Below, one piece after another: positions 1-11,060 of a stretch of DNA of 64,000 nucleotides (position 1 is the first letter of the stretch; the number at the start of each line of letters is the position of its first letter). Under the pieces are notes generated by a model that saw nothing but the letters and a program-made list of their open reading frames with translations, was not told the origin of the DNA and made no database searches. The translations under genes were made by a program, and so were the position numbers. This stretch comes from Mantamonas sphyraenae STR306 (Eukaryota; Protista; CRuMs). The stretch lies in contig JAPMXV010000038.1 of the NCBI GenBank assembly GCA_026936335.1, positions 1-64,000 of the forward strand, read 5' to 3'.

Positions 1-172
1 CCTAACCCTAACCCTAACCCTAACCCTAACCCTAACCCTAACCCTAACCCTAACCCTAACCCTAACCCTAACCCTAACCCTAACCCTAACCCTAACCCTA
101 ACCCTAACCCTAACCCTAACCCTAACCCTAACCCTAACCCTAACCCTAACCCTAACTCTAACCCTAACCCTA
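1..172. repeat. Telomeric (CCCTAA)n array, left chromosome end
   Basis: About 28 tandem CCCTAA units from base 1, with one CTCTAA variant near 156-161; TTAGGG on the opposite strand. Confidence 0.99.
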
Positions 173-530
173 GAACCCGAGTTGTGTTATCGCATTTCCG
201 GTCTAGACCCAGGTGTTGCGTTCATCAGGGTGAACGTTTCCCAAGTCTGGGTTTTCGTGAAAGTCTATCCTTCTTAAGTGTGTATGATGGGTCCGGTCTA
301 TGATCTGTGAGTTGTGCTTGTGTTTGCTGGCAGGGTGGCTGAGTTGGGTGGTGACATGGGGCAGTGGGCAATGGGTGGGAGTGGAAATGTCGCTGGTGAG
401 TGGCCGTCGTCCTGCAACGCCGCGCAGTCAGCACTGCCCATCCGCCTTCAACAATACTATCACCAACACCCACAACTTCCTCCACCAGTCCAACACAATC
501 CACATACACTCCAGTACCACCACCACAATC

Positions 531-3500
531 ATGGACAAAGACTACTCAAGCACTTCGAAGCAACAACACACACCCAACACCTACCCAGCGTGCGTCCTGC
601 CTTCCACTCCGTTTTCTGACTGCCCGCTTCTCCCGCTTCCTTGCCTCCTCCATGCCTCCGTCGCTTCCCTGCACTCCTCGCCTGCATTTCTACTTCCCCA
701 TCACCACCTCCGCTGTCTTGTCCGCTCTTCTGCGTTCCCCTCTCCCCTGTCACTGCCCTCCCCGCTGCCAGTTTCCCCGTCTGCCAATCTCCTCCGTTTT
801 TCCCTCTTTGCTCGTTTCAGCCTCCCTTCACCCCCGCTTCTGCTCTGACGGCGTCCATTCCGCCTTCCGCTCACCGTACGTGCCCCGCCCTGCCCCTCCC
901 CGTCTTCCCACAGCTACGGGTACATGGTCGCTCCCATGGCTGCCCAGCCGTTTCCGAACATGCTGCCCGTCTCTGGCGTACAAAACCCGTACCAGCACCC
1001 ACAACCACCCATCATCTGGGTCCCTGTCAACACCCATTCCCAGCAGCACCACGCATATGCTCATCGGGGCCACCCATACTACGCCTACCCTCCTCCGCCG
1101 CCTCCGCAGCCGCGACAAACCGCCCAGATGCACTTCGCTCAGCCTCCGTTGCACCCTCCGCCTGCTCAATGCACCACAAACCACAACCGCGTCCACAAAT
1201 GCGTCAGCCCTGCCTTTGTCGGCGTCACACGGACCACATCCACCACCACATCGTCGTCGTCCTCCCACCAGGCCACACGGCAGACAGGAGACAGCGACGA
1301 CGACGAGGCACACCAGGACACAGCCACACATGACACCGGCGACGTGGAGGACCTGATGGTACTGAACTTCGGCCACCGTGAACCACGCCCAATCTCCAGC
1401 AACTCAGATTGGATGACCAGCTCATGGATGGAGGCATACGAAGAAGACGGCGAGGCAAACGACGCACCCCAGAAGCACATGGAGGACGAGTTGCAAATTC
1501 AGGGCGCACTCAGCTTTGCAGACACTGGTGATGCCATGGATGAGGAGTACATGCCGCAAGACGACAGTGACGACGACGCAGACGACAGGGAACAGGAGGA
1601 CACGGACGAATGGCAGCCGAGACGCACACGTAGAGGCCGCACACGTCGCAGAGGCCACATCAGCCGTCGTACCGGTTCACAGAAGTTGAAGGGCAGCGGA
1701 CAGCGCAGGCTCAGGGTCACGGCTGGCAGTGGCACAGAGACAGGAACGTCGAGCACACAGGCAAGGAGGGCCAAGAACGGAGACACCGGCGCAGGGAAGA
1801 AAGCAAGCGTGAACAAGATGAACAAGTTGCCAGATGGTGTTGTGCGCAAAGGGTGGAAAGTGGGACCCAGTGACGAGCGCAGCCACAGCAACACGAAGGA
1901 GCACACGACACTGCTGAACCACATGCACACCCTGGCCAACGAGCATCCCATCGACAACATCCCCGTCCTCATGACCCTGCAGGCACGTGTTGTGGTTTGC
2001 CATGGCACCCTGACCACGCTTGTCCGACAGATTCAGCTCGCTCTGGGCAACATTCTCCTCTCCCAGGGCGACATGGCCTTGTGTCTCACCCTTCTCGGCC
2101 GTGGCATGGATCAACATGCGTGTAGAATTGCCATCAACAACGCTGGTCTGGCCATGGGTGTGACAAAGGCTGGGTTGAAGGTGTTCTGGCTGGAGGAGCC
2201 ACACGACCACGGCGACCCCAACTACGCCCTTCTCCACCTGCTCATGACAGAGATGGCCACTCTCGGCGACAGACCCCATCCCACCACCTGGAAGGAGCAC
2301 GAACAGACCCGGCTGAGGCTGCAGGAAGCACGACGCCCTGCTGACAACGACAGCGACCCACACTGGACACAATGCGACTACGACCACCACCTCACCACCA
2401 CCGAGGTGGACAAGTGGCATCCCGAGTCTGTGCGCAGTGGCTGGTGCACCACCGCCGACGAGCGAGGCAGCTGCACGGCGCGGGAGTTCCAGACGCTGCT
2501 GGCACACATGAAGGCACGCGCAGCCAAGCACCCTCGCCATCAGCACGCAAACGAGAACGATGCACTGCGTGAGCTGATCAACAACGGCAGCCTGCAGTCC
2601 CTGGTGCGACACATCATCCTGGCGCTGGGCAACGTTGGCGTGCCGCCTGTCGACCTGGCCTTCTTTGTCCGCCTCCTCAGACCACGCCTCACCTACAAGC
2701 AGGTGCAGGGTGCCGCCAAGGACACCCTCACTCGCGGTGCCACCTCCCTGTCCCTCAAGATCGCCTGGCTCGATAACCGAAACCCAGCGACGCCACACTG
2801 CACACCCTCCTCCACACCCTCATCGAACGCATCACACCTCACATCACCACCCCCGCCCACCACCGTCGATGACGCCGTCAACGCCTCGACATCCCCGAGC
2901 TTGTTCTGCCCGAGCCAACAGAGGAGGAGACGGTGGCTGTGGAGGATGGACTGCCAGATGGCCTTGTGCGCAGTGGCTGCACAAACTGGCTCAAGAGCGA
3001 GCGCATACACAGCAACAAGAAGGAGCACACGGCACTGCTGAAGCACATGCACACCCTGGCCAATGATCATCCCATCGACGACATCCCTGACCTCATGACC
3101 CTGCAGGCACGTGTTGTGGTTTGCCATGGCACCCTGCGCACGCTGGTCAGACAGATTCAGCTCGCTCTGGGCAACATTCTCACTCTCCCAGGGCGACATG
3201 GCCCTCTTCCTCACTCTTCTCGGCCATGACATGGATCACAAGGCGTACAGTGCTGCCATCCTCCACGCTGGTCTGGCCATGGGTGTGACAGAGACTGGGT
3301 TGAAGGTGTGCTGGCTGGAGGAGCCACACGACCATGGCGACCCCAACTACGCCCTCCTCCACCTGCTCACGACAGAGATGGACACTCTCGGCAACAGAAC
3401 CCATCCCACCACCTGGAAGCAGCACAAGCAGACTCAGCTGTGGCTGCAGATATCACGACGCCCTGCTGCCAACAACTGCAACCCACACTGGACACAATGC

Positions 3501-4109
3501 GACTACGACCACCACCTCACCACCACCACCGAGGTGGACAAGTGGCATCCTGAGTCTGTGCGCAGTGGCTGGAGCAAGTCCCGGGGTGACGCGACCGACG
3601 AGCGTGGCAGCTGCACGGCACGGGAGTTCCAGACGCTGCTGGCACACATGAAGGCACGCGCAGCCAAGCACCCTCGCCATCAGCACACACACGAGCACCA
3701 GGCACTGCGCAAGCTGCTCATCAACGGCAGCCTTCTCTCCCTTCTGCGACATGTCATCCTGGCGCTGGGCAACGTTGGCGTTCCGCCTGTCGACCTGGCC
3801 TTCTTTGTCCGCCTCCTCAGACCACGCCTCACCTGCAAGCAGGTTCGACCAGCCATCAGCGTCACCCTCTCGCGCGGTGTCACCTCCCTCTCCCTCAAGA
3901 TCGCCTGGCTCGACAACCCCCAACCCAGCGACGCCACACTGCACACCCTCCTCCACACCCTCATCGATCGCATCACACCCCACATCACCACCCGTCCCAC
4001 TACCCCCGCACTCGTCAACGCCTACCCCATCCCCTCCTTCACCCTTCCCAAGCGCAAAGACCCTTCCTCCTCCTCCTCCTCCTCCTCCAAACGCCAACGC
4101 CTCGAATGA
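531..4109 (+). CDS. Subtelomeric protein of unknown function with four copies of a ~170-aa domain (two frameshifts: errors or pseudogene)
   Basis: Exon 1 531-589 (MDKDYSS...), GTGCGT..CACAG intron 590-913 joins in frame to ORF 924. Pro/Gln-rich then acidic and basic N-terminus. Tandem ~1.1 kb duplication (~1830-2830 and ~2950-3980). Comparing the copies shows a 1-nt deletion at ~2780 and a 1-nt insertion at ~3182. C-terminal PKRK..KRQR NLS-like motif. Confidence 0.75.
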
Positions 4110-4117
4110 ACCACCCT

Positions 4118-6162
4118 TCATTCTGCACCCCTCCCCACCCACCCCAACACCCTCTCCATCACCTCATCCGGCAGTGTCACCCATCCCTCCCACCCTCCTT
4201 CCTCCACGTACTCCTCCATCCCTCCACACTCAAACATCGCCTCCCTCTCCTCTCCATTCATCACCAACGCTGCCTCGATCGCCTCATCCACCTCCGGAAC
4301 CCACATCCAGTGCAGCTCTTTCCTCCAACATTTGTGCATGGCCATGCTCCAAGCAGTTTCACCCTCTGAACCTGCAGGTTGTGTTCTTGCGTCGGCTCCA
4401 GCTCTCCGCAATTCCTCCACCACTTCCCATTGCTCGCGTTGCACAGCCGCCATAAGCGCACACTTCCTAGAGCTGCCCAAGAGTCCACGGGAACGCCTTT
4501 CTCCAAGAAGCTGCGCAACTCGGCAACATCCCCTTCCGCGGCAGCTTCGACGAGTTTTTCCCCCAGTTCCCGATTGCGCCCGGTCCAGTCATTCTCCTTT
4601 CTTAGCACAAGCGAGGATAAACTGCTCGTCAGTGACCACATGGACATGTTGTGCTCGGAAAGCACCGCCACGACTTCCGGAGCCAGCTTCCACTTCAGTT
4701 CCACACCAAGCACTTGAAGCGTTTTGTTTTGAGACAAAATGTCCACCAAGTCCACGTGGTCAAGGGCAGAGTTGCGCAAGAGCACCAGCTCCTGGACACA
4801 AGCGTTCTCGCGCATCGCTTCGATGATCGCAGACGTTCCTGTGACCCCAAGGTTGTTGTTCGACAGGTCGACTCGTGTCAGTGACATGTTTTCCCGCAGC
4901 ATATCGGCCATTGCTTCGCCTCCGGCTGATCCAATCTGGTTGGAGTGCAGAGAAAGCATCTTCACGCACGTCGACTGCGACACAGCCTTTGCCACTGCTG
5001 TTGCCCCAGCGTCCCCAATCTTGTTCCAACGAGCATGCACGACCTCCAGTATGGGCGAGAGCTCAATGATCCGTGCCATGGCCTCGCCCTCTGCGTCGCC
5101 CATGTCGGACGCGTACAGGTTGAGCTCCCTCAGGTGCGTGCCCATCGCCGCCGCTTCTGCCAGCGCATAAACGGTACACCGTCCATTCACCTGGACTGCA
5201 CTGGGGTCTGCCCCCCGTCGAACAAGCAACTCTACAACGTCACGCCGCTGATTGACGATGGCGGAGCGCAAAGCCGTCCTTCCGGTGAGGCTCCTGGCGT
5301 TGACATCCACACCTGCGTCCAACAGACACTCAACCACATCTATCCCCACCATGTCGCCCACTTCCAATGCGACCATTAGCACGGATGCCTCGTCGCGCTC
5401 GCGTCGAGCGTGCACATTCGCGCCAGCCTCCACGAGAACCTTGACCCCATCCCCTTCATCCGTGCCAGCAAGCAGCAGCAAGGGTGTGTATCCGTTGGAC
5501 TCCCGCTCCAACTCTGCTCCAGCCTCGATCAGCTCCGCGAAGCTGCATCTTGCGAGGTGCAGCGCCGTCAGGCCCGATCCGTCGACTGCAGTGACATCGG
5601 CGCCCCTAACCAACAGTTCATGCGTCAAATCTCTCTGCACCATGACGCACTGCATGCATCAACAGTGTGCGTCCTGACATGTCGACGAAATCTAGCCCAA
5701 ACCCGCGCCGGACAAGCTCGCTCACGACTTTGGAGTCCCACTGCAACGTTGCACATGCCATCACACTTTGGCCATCGTGGCCAACAGCGTCCCCATCCGA
5801 TCCTGCGTCCAGAAGCATCCTCACGACCTCTACGGGTGCACCTTTCCTCGCTGCCAACAACAACGCCGTCCTGCCGTGCTCATCACGGGCACTCACATCT
5901 GCACCGTGTCCCAGCAGTATTTGCAACGCTTCATACGAGTCCCAGCCCACAGCAGACATCAACGCTGTCCTTCCGCCCGCATCACCGGCGTTGGGATCCG
6001 CACCTTCTTGCAAAAGACTGTCACTCTCTCCACCTCGTGACGCATCACAGCCACGCGCAGTGCATTCGTCTGCCCACACCGAGTTAGCACACGAGCGCAC
6101 AGTCAACCTCAATCCCCCCTGTAACCCACCAGCCGTGTTTTCTCGGAATTTCCCTTCCCCAT
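4118..6162 (-). CDS. Ankyrin-repeat + RNI-type LRR protein with C-terminal F-box-like motif (three apparent frameshifts)
   Basis: Start MGKGNSEK at 6162, intron GTGGGT..GCTAAC..CAG. Ankyrin motifs (GRTALMSAV, GRTALLLAA, GLTALHLA), LRRs (LSLHSNQIGSAGG, VDLSNNNLGVTG), terminal WVTLPDEVMERVL. Frame changes near 6015, 5630 and 4480. Confidence 0.8.
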
Positions 6163-6255
6163 GTTGCTCTGCCTCCCTCGACGCAGAATCTTCAAGACAT
6201 GAATCAACAAGCATATCAAGCAGCAACCAAGCTGTACATTGTGTGGAGTGGTCGT

Positions 6256-7308
6256 TTACAGACGGCGACCACGGCGACCAGACTTCTTGCGAGTCGAGTC
6301 GGTGGGGATCGGCGTGCAGTCCTCAATGCGGCCGATCTTGACGCCAGCGCGAGCCAGCGCACGCAGAGCGCTCTGGCCACCCGGACCGGGCGTCTTGGTG
6401 CGCGTGCCACCCATGGCGCGGATCTTGATGTGCAGAGCGGTGATTCCCTTGGTCTGTGTGTCCCATATTCCACAGTACAACGCGTATCCACCCCACCTGG
6501 TGTCAGTCACTCATCCATCCATCTGTGTGTGCACCCTCCACCTGGTCTCGTGTCCCCTGCTCACTTCCTCCGTCCCTGTGTGCCTGCCGACTGTGTCTTG
6601 GCTCGGCCTCGCATGCGCACGCACACACTTCTCCCCTCCTTCCATCCACACATGACACCCACACGCCCCATCTACCACCTCGGCACATGCACATCCCTCT
6701 GTTCCACCTGGTCTGCCCATCAGCATCCCATGTCTCCCTCGCCCTGTCCGTCCCGCAGCCCAGTCACTGCATGCAAAAAAGAGCTGCCGCTCCAACCTCG
6801 CTCCATTTCTCACCTTGATCTCCTTGGCCACGTCCTGTGCGGCAAGCATGGCAGCGTACGGCGACGACTCGTCACGGTCCGCCTTCACCTTCATGCCACC
6901 CGTCACACGCGAGATCGTTTCGCGGCCCGAAAGATCCGTCACGTGCACGAAAGTGTCGTTGTAGCTGGCGTAGATGTGGCACACACCAAACACCTCCTCG
7001 CCCTCCCTGGCGTTCGGCAGGTTTTCCTTTGCGTACTCCTTCTCGGTCTGTCATGTCAGGTACCCTGCGGTGTCAGTGTGCTGCCTGGCTGTGCCTGTCC
7101 GTGCCTCCACGACCGGTGGCGTCCGTGCAAAGCGTGCCTTGTGGTGGCCAACTCCAAATCTCCCCTTTTCCACCGCACGCCTCCCTGCGTCACCCTGTGT
7201 CCGTGCGGACGGCATGCGTGGCCACACAGCGTGCAAGGGGTGTGTGCGAGTGGTCCATGGCACACTTTGGTCGTCGGCACAGTGGAAACGAAAGAGTCAA
7301 CGTACCAT
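6256..7308 (-). CDS. RPS14: 40S ribosomal protein S14 (uS11), copy 1
   Basis: ATG-only exon 1 (7308-7306) and two introns; [62 protein letters not shown]. Confidence 0.97.
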
Positions 7309-7382
7309 GCTGGGTTCTGTGGTTGCGTGGGCGCGGTGCCGCTCTGGCTCATCCAATTCAACGAGCAACACGCACACCCGGC
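7309..7382. promoter_or_regulatory. 74-bp bidirectional promoter region RPS14/CENP-N
   Basis: Only spacer between two divergent ATGs; GT-rich left half, GC core, CA-rich right half, contains CCAAT. Confidence 0.6.
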
Positions 7383-9110
7383 ATGGATGTGGAAGAGAGC
7401 ACGTTGAGCATTGCGATGCCAGAAGGGATGACGGTGACGGATCATCCAGACATCACGGTGGCGTCGATGGCTGGGGCTGGGTTCCAGAGCGAGGAGGACG
7501 ACTCTGGCAGCGAGTACCAAGGCGGGAGCACGTCGGAGGAGGAGTCGGAGGATGAAGAGGTGGACCTTGAGTGGTCGGACGACGATGACGAGGTGGTGCA
7601 GGTGAGGCGCAAGACACAGAGGCGACGCAAGGGAGACGACGTGCGTGTGTCGACTCGCAAGAGCAGGCAGCAGCTGTCGAGCAACAAGACACAAGAGATG
7701 GAAGCAGGTGGGGAAGCAGAGACGCAGCTTGTGAAGCGTATGCAGATGCAACAGGGGCAAGGAGATGAAGTGAGCATGCTACTGCAGCGTGTGGCGTGCA
7801 GCGTGGAGGACCAGATCAAGAAGCAGCTGGAACGGATCACGCGCAAGTCGCTCAAGGTGTGCATGGCATTGTGGAGGGGCGACGACGAGTCGTTTGACCC
7901 AGAGGAGACGTATGACTCGAGCATCTGGAAGCGGCACAGCAAGGAACAGGTGTTGGATGTGCTGTATGATTCGTATTTTGTGAGTTGAGTGGCTTTTTGG
8001 CGCCAAGGCGGGGGCGGGAGCGGGGCGCGCTGACACGTGTGTGTGTGTGGGCGGTTTGTGGGACGGTGTGGCGTGTGCGTGGTGTACAGAGGGATGGGTT
8101 GACACCAAGGCAGGCTGGGGACCTGGATTACATGTACTTTATGGGCAACGCGTGGGGCAAGAAGAAGCAGTTTGAGGTGGTGCGGCTTCGGTTTGGGGAA
8201 GAGGAGAAGGAGTCGTTGCGAGGAGGCTGGTTTGAGCAGGAGGAGTTTGTGGAGCGTGTGCGTGGCCTGCTGCAGCAGAAGTATTCAGAGTGCGTGGTGT
8301 CGATGCGATGGCTGTCTGTGGGCTGTTGGTTGCGGGTGGATCTGAACAAGAACCCGCTGGGGCGGCTGGACGGGAAGGGCAAGGTGAAGGGAGCATCGGC
8401 CAAGGTGGTGGGGTATGTGATGAGGTATCACGACTCGCCGTACATGCTTGTGAGCGTGGCACACAAGCCGGACAAGACACTTGTGGTGGAGAGCGTGCGG
8501 GAAGCGTTTGGGGCGATGACGAGCGAGAATCTGGACATGGAGGGGTCGAGTCAGGCGCTGAGTGATCTTGTGGAAGTGGGGCCGGCGCAGGGACGGTGGA
8601 GCGAGCTGCGGGCGGCAGACACGACGCTGAACCCGCTGGAGCGGAACGTGAAGGGCCAGGTGCAGGAGATGCTGCGTGGGAAGGAGAACGGAGGGCGGAA
8701 GAAGAGGAACTACAAGAAGAGGGAGGACATGAAGAAGAAGAGTGTGGAGAAAAAGGTTGTGGGGAAGCAGAGCGGGCGGAGCGTGCAGGCAGGACTGGGG
8801 GATGTGGGGGTGGATGTGTGGGAGGCGGACGGAGAGGGAGAGGAGGGAGATGGTGTTTGAGTTGGAGTATCATGGGGAGAATGTGCAGGAGGGGTGGCGG
8901 GAGCTGGCGGAGTGTGGGGCGATGGGAGGCGGATTGGCAGGGTGGATGCGGGAAGGGCGTGTGAGGAACCACGTGCGTGTGGTGAATGGGCAGCTGGGGA
9001 TGGAAGAGGACGAGGATGAGGATGAGGACGAGGACGGGGATGGGCAAGAGTGGGGCGGGACGCAGGCGGGTGGCAGGAGGGAGTGGAGGGGCGCGTTGAT
9101 GCGCTTGTAG
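7383..9110 (+). CDS. CENPN: Kinetochore protein CENP-N/Chl4-like, copy 1 (extra G near 8845 shifts the frame relative to copy 2)
   Basis: Intron 7980-8089 gives YFRDGLTPRQAGDLDYMYF, resembling the Chl4 GLT..Q.A.LD motif; also CWLRVDL, YVMRYHDSPY, GRWSELRAADTTLNPL. Confidence 0.72.
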
Positions 9111-9138
9111 ACACCTGTTCTGTGTCCATTGCATCTCT

Positions 9139-11004
9139 TCACAACACATGCAGGGGGTGTGCTTCTGTGTTGAACACATACTGGTCAAGTGGAACGAGGT
9201 TGTCGTCGCTGAAGAGCAAATACAAATACTTGAGGGTCTCTGCGAGGAAGAAACTCTGCTGGACGTCGTCCTTGGGTGAATCGACGCGTGTGACGTCGGT
9301 GAGGCCTGTGTAGCCGCCTTCGACACGTGAGTAGCGCTCAAAGGCCTGGAACACTTCCCAGCCGTACTGGCGCCACTTGGGATCATGGGTGTAGCGCCAC
9401 ATGACAAAGAAGCTTTCGACGGTCTCTGGGCGCAGCAGGTTGTGGTTGGCACCGTTGACAAAGTCCTTGCCCGGAGTGAAAAACACCATTTCCGGAGCAA
9501 TCCCCGTAGCTTGTCGCTTGTACATCTGGTAACAGGTTTCGCTGATATCCAACCCCAGTTGGGCAATGTCCTTCTGCTCTGGGTCGTTGGGCGAATGATG
9601 CGTCTTTGCGCCGAGCATAAACATGCCGCCAGCAAAGCAAGCAAGGTGGTCCATCTTCATGACGGGACGAGAACCATCCCACTCGCTAAGATATACGAGA
9701 TTGCTGGGCTGGCTCTTGTGAACAAGCAGTCGCCGGATGTTGGTCACGGTGTCGTCGTACATGCGACGGAGCTGGGAGTTCTGCTTGCCTTGGAAAACCC
9801 AGTATTTGATGAGGTACTCGTAGAAGCTATCACCAAGAGCACCGAGAGAGACTTGACCACTGGTGAATCCGCCATGCTCAGGATGCACGTAGACGGGGTA
9901 GAGGCCGTTGGGCTTCTGGATGCGGTCGAGGTGGTCAATGACGCGGTCGGCCTTTTCTTTGTACACAGGGTTGCCAGTGTGGTGCGACAGATAGGCAAAC
10001 TCGAGCTGGATGGTGCCCATCTCAGAGAGAATGGAGGAGCCACCGGTCCAGGTGGGCGAGTGGGAGGTGTGCGTCTGCAGGTTGACGCTGGCATGCGGCA
10101 AGCCCGTGCTTGTGTTGAACGCAAACAGCAGCCTATCCGCGAGGTCGACCGTCTTGCGCAGAAACATGGGGTCGTGAGGAGTGGTGAGGGAGTGTGCTGA
10201 CAGCAAGCCGCCGACCATGCGGATGATGGTCTCGAAAAAGGAGACATCGACGTTTTTGTCCCAGTGCAGCTGAGTCTCGACAAACTGGCGCGCCTGCTGG
10301 AACTCGTTCTCCAGGCCCATGATCTTGAGCGTGGACAGCGAGTCAACCACGGTGGCCCCCAACCCGAGCCAGTCGTGCGGTTGCTTGGAGATGGGCTTCA
10401 CTTCGTCGTGTCCGAACGCGTACCGCGCGTAGCCATCCCAAGCGTGCTTGAAGGCATTGCGCACAGCCGTCTGCTTCTCCACGTCTGCGGCGCCACTGTT
10501 GGACGCAGCCGACGGAGTGGATGTGACTGGTTGCTGTGGTTGCATGGGAGGCGGAGGAGGTGGTGGCGGAGGAGCCTGCTGCGAGGGGGGCGCTGGCGGA
10601 GGAGGAGGAGGAGGCGGGGGCGCCAGCTGCTGGGGTGTTGGGGCAGTCGCCCGTTGAGGCGGCGCAGGAGGGGCAGGCGGAGGGGGAGGAGGAGCAGGCG
10701 CATCGCTGAGGACGGTCTGAGGCCGGGGCGCCTGCGGGACCTGGACGATAGGTGTAGGTGTGGGCAGGTTGGGCAGGTTGGGCAGGTTGTCCGGCTTGGC
10801 CGACGTGTCGGGTTGCGATTTCGGCTGCGGGAACTTGCCCGTGTTTGCATGCGGCGTACGCCCTCCCTGGGCACCCGAGGAGTGGCCCATGTCTGGCATC
10901 AACATGGCACCAAGCACTCCCATGAGCAGCAGGATGAGGATGACCAGCGGCAGGAAGTAGACGCGGATGAACCTTTCGGCAGCGCGCATGGTTTCGTTTG
11001 CCAT
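9139..11004 (-). CDS. Class I alpha-1,2-mannosidase (GH47), type II membrane protein with Pro-rich stem
   Basis: AFKHAWDGY, FFETIIRMVGGLLSA, ALGDSFYEYLIK, MDHLACFAGGM, LLRPETVES, QSFFLAETLKYLYLLF, FNTEAHP; N-terminal TM anchor. Confidence 0.96.
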   Translation of the reverse strand: MANETMRAAERFIRVYFLPLVILILLLMGVLGAMLMPDMGHSSGAQGGRTPHANTGKFPQPKSQPDTSAKPDNLPNLPNLPTPTPIVQVPQAPRPQTVLSDAPAPPPPPPAPPAPPQRATAPTPQQLAPPPPPPPPPAPPSQQAPPPPPPPPPMQPQQPVTSTPSAASNSGAADVEKQTAVRNAFKHAWDGYARYAFGHDEVKPISKQPHDWLGLGATVVDSLSTLKIMGLENEFQQARQFVETQLHWDKNVDVSFFETIIRMVGGLLSAHSLTTPHDPMFLRKTVDLADRLLFAFNTSTGLPHASVNLQTHTSHSPTWTGGSSILSEMGTIQLEFAYLSHHTGNPVYKEKADRVIDHLDRIQKPNGLYPVYVHPEHGGFTSGQVSLGALGDSFYEYLIKYWVFQGKQNSQLRRMYDDTVTNIRRLLVHKSQPSNLVYLSEWDGSRPVMKMDHLACFAGGMFMLGAKTHHSPNDPEQKDIAQLGLDISETCYQMYKRQATGIAPEMVFFTPGKDFVNGANHNLLRPETVESFFVMWRYTHDPKWRQYGWEVFQAFERYSRVEGGYTGLTDVTRVDSPKDDVQQSFFLAETLKYLYLLFSDDNLVPLDQYVFNTEAHPLHVL

Positions 11005-11060
11005 CTCGCGCCGATGCGGCCAGACGAACGTGCTGGTGTGCTGTTTGTTGGGTGTTTGGT

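Larger units (their letters stand above)
6215..9164. repeat. Inverted repeat, left arm (RPS14 + CENP-N block)
   Basis: Reverse complement of 11862-14818 with scattered substitutions and small indels. Confidence 0.97.

Noticed and set aside
185-260. CTGATGA and GAAA on the minus strand suggesting a hammerhead ribozyme
   Set aside because: Stems II and III cannot be formed around the core in the required order
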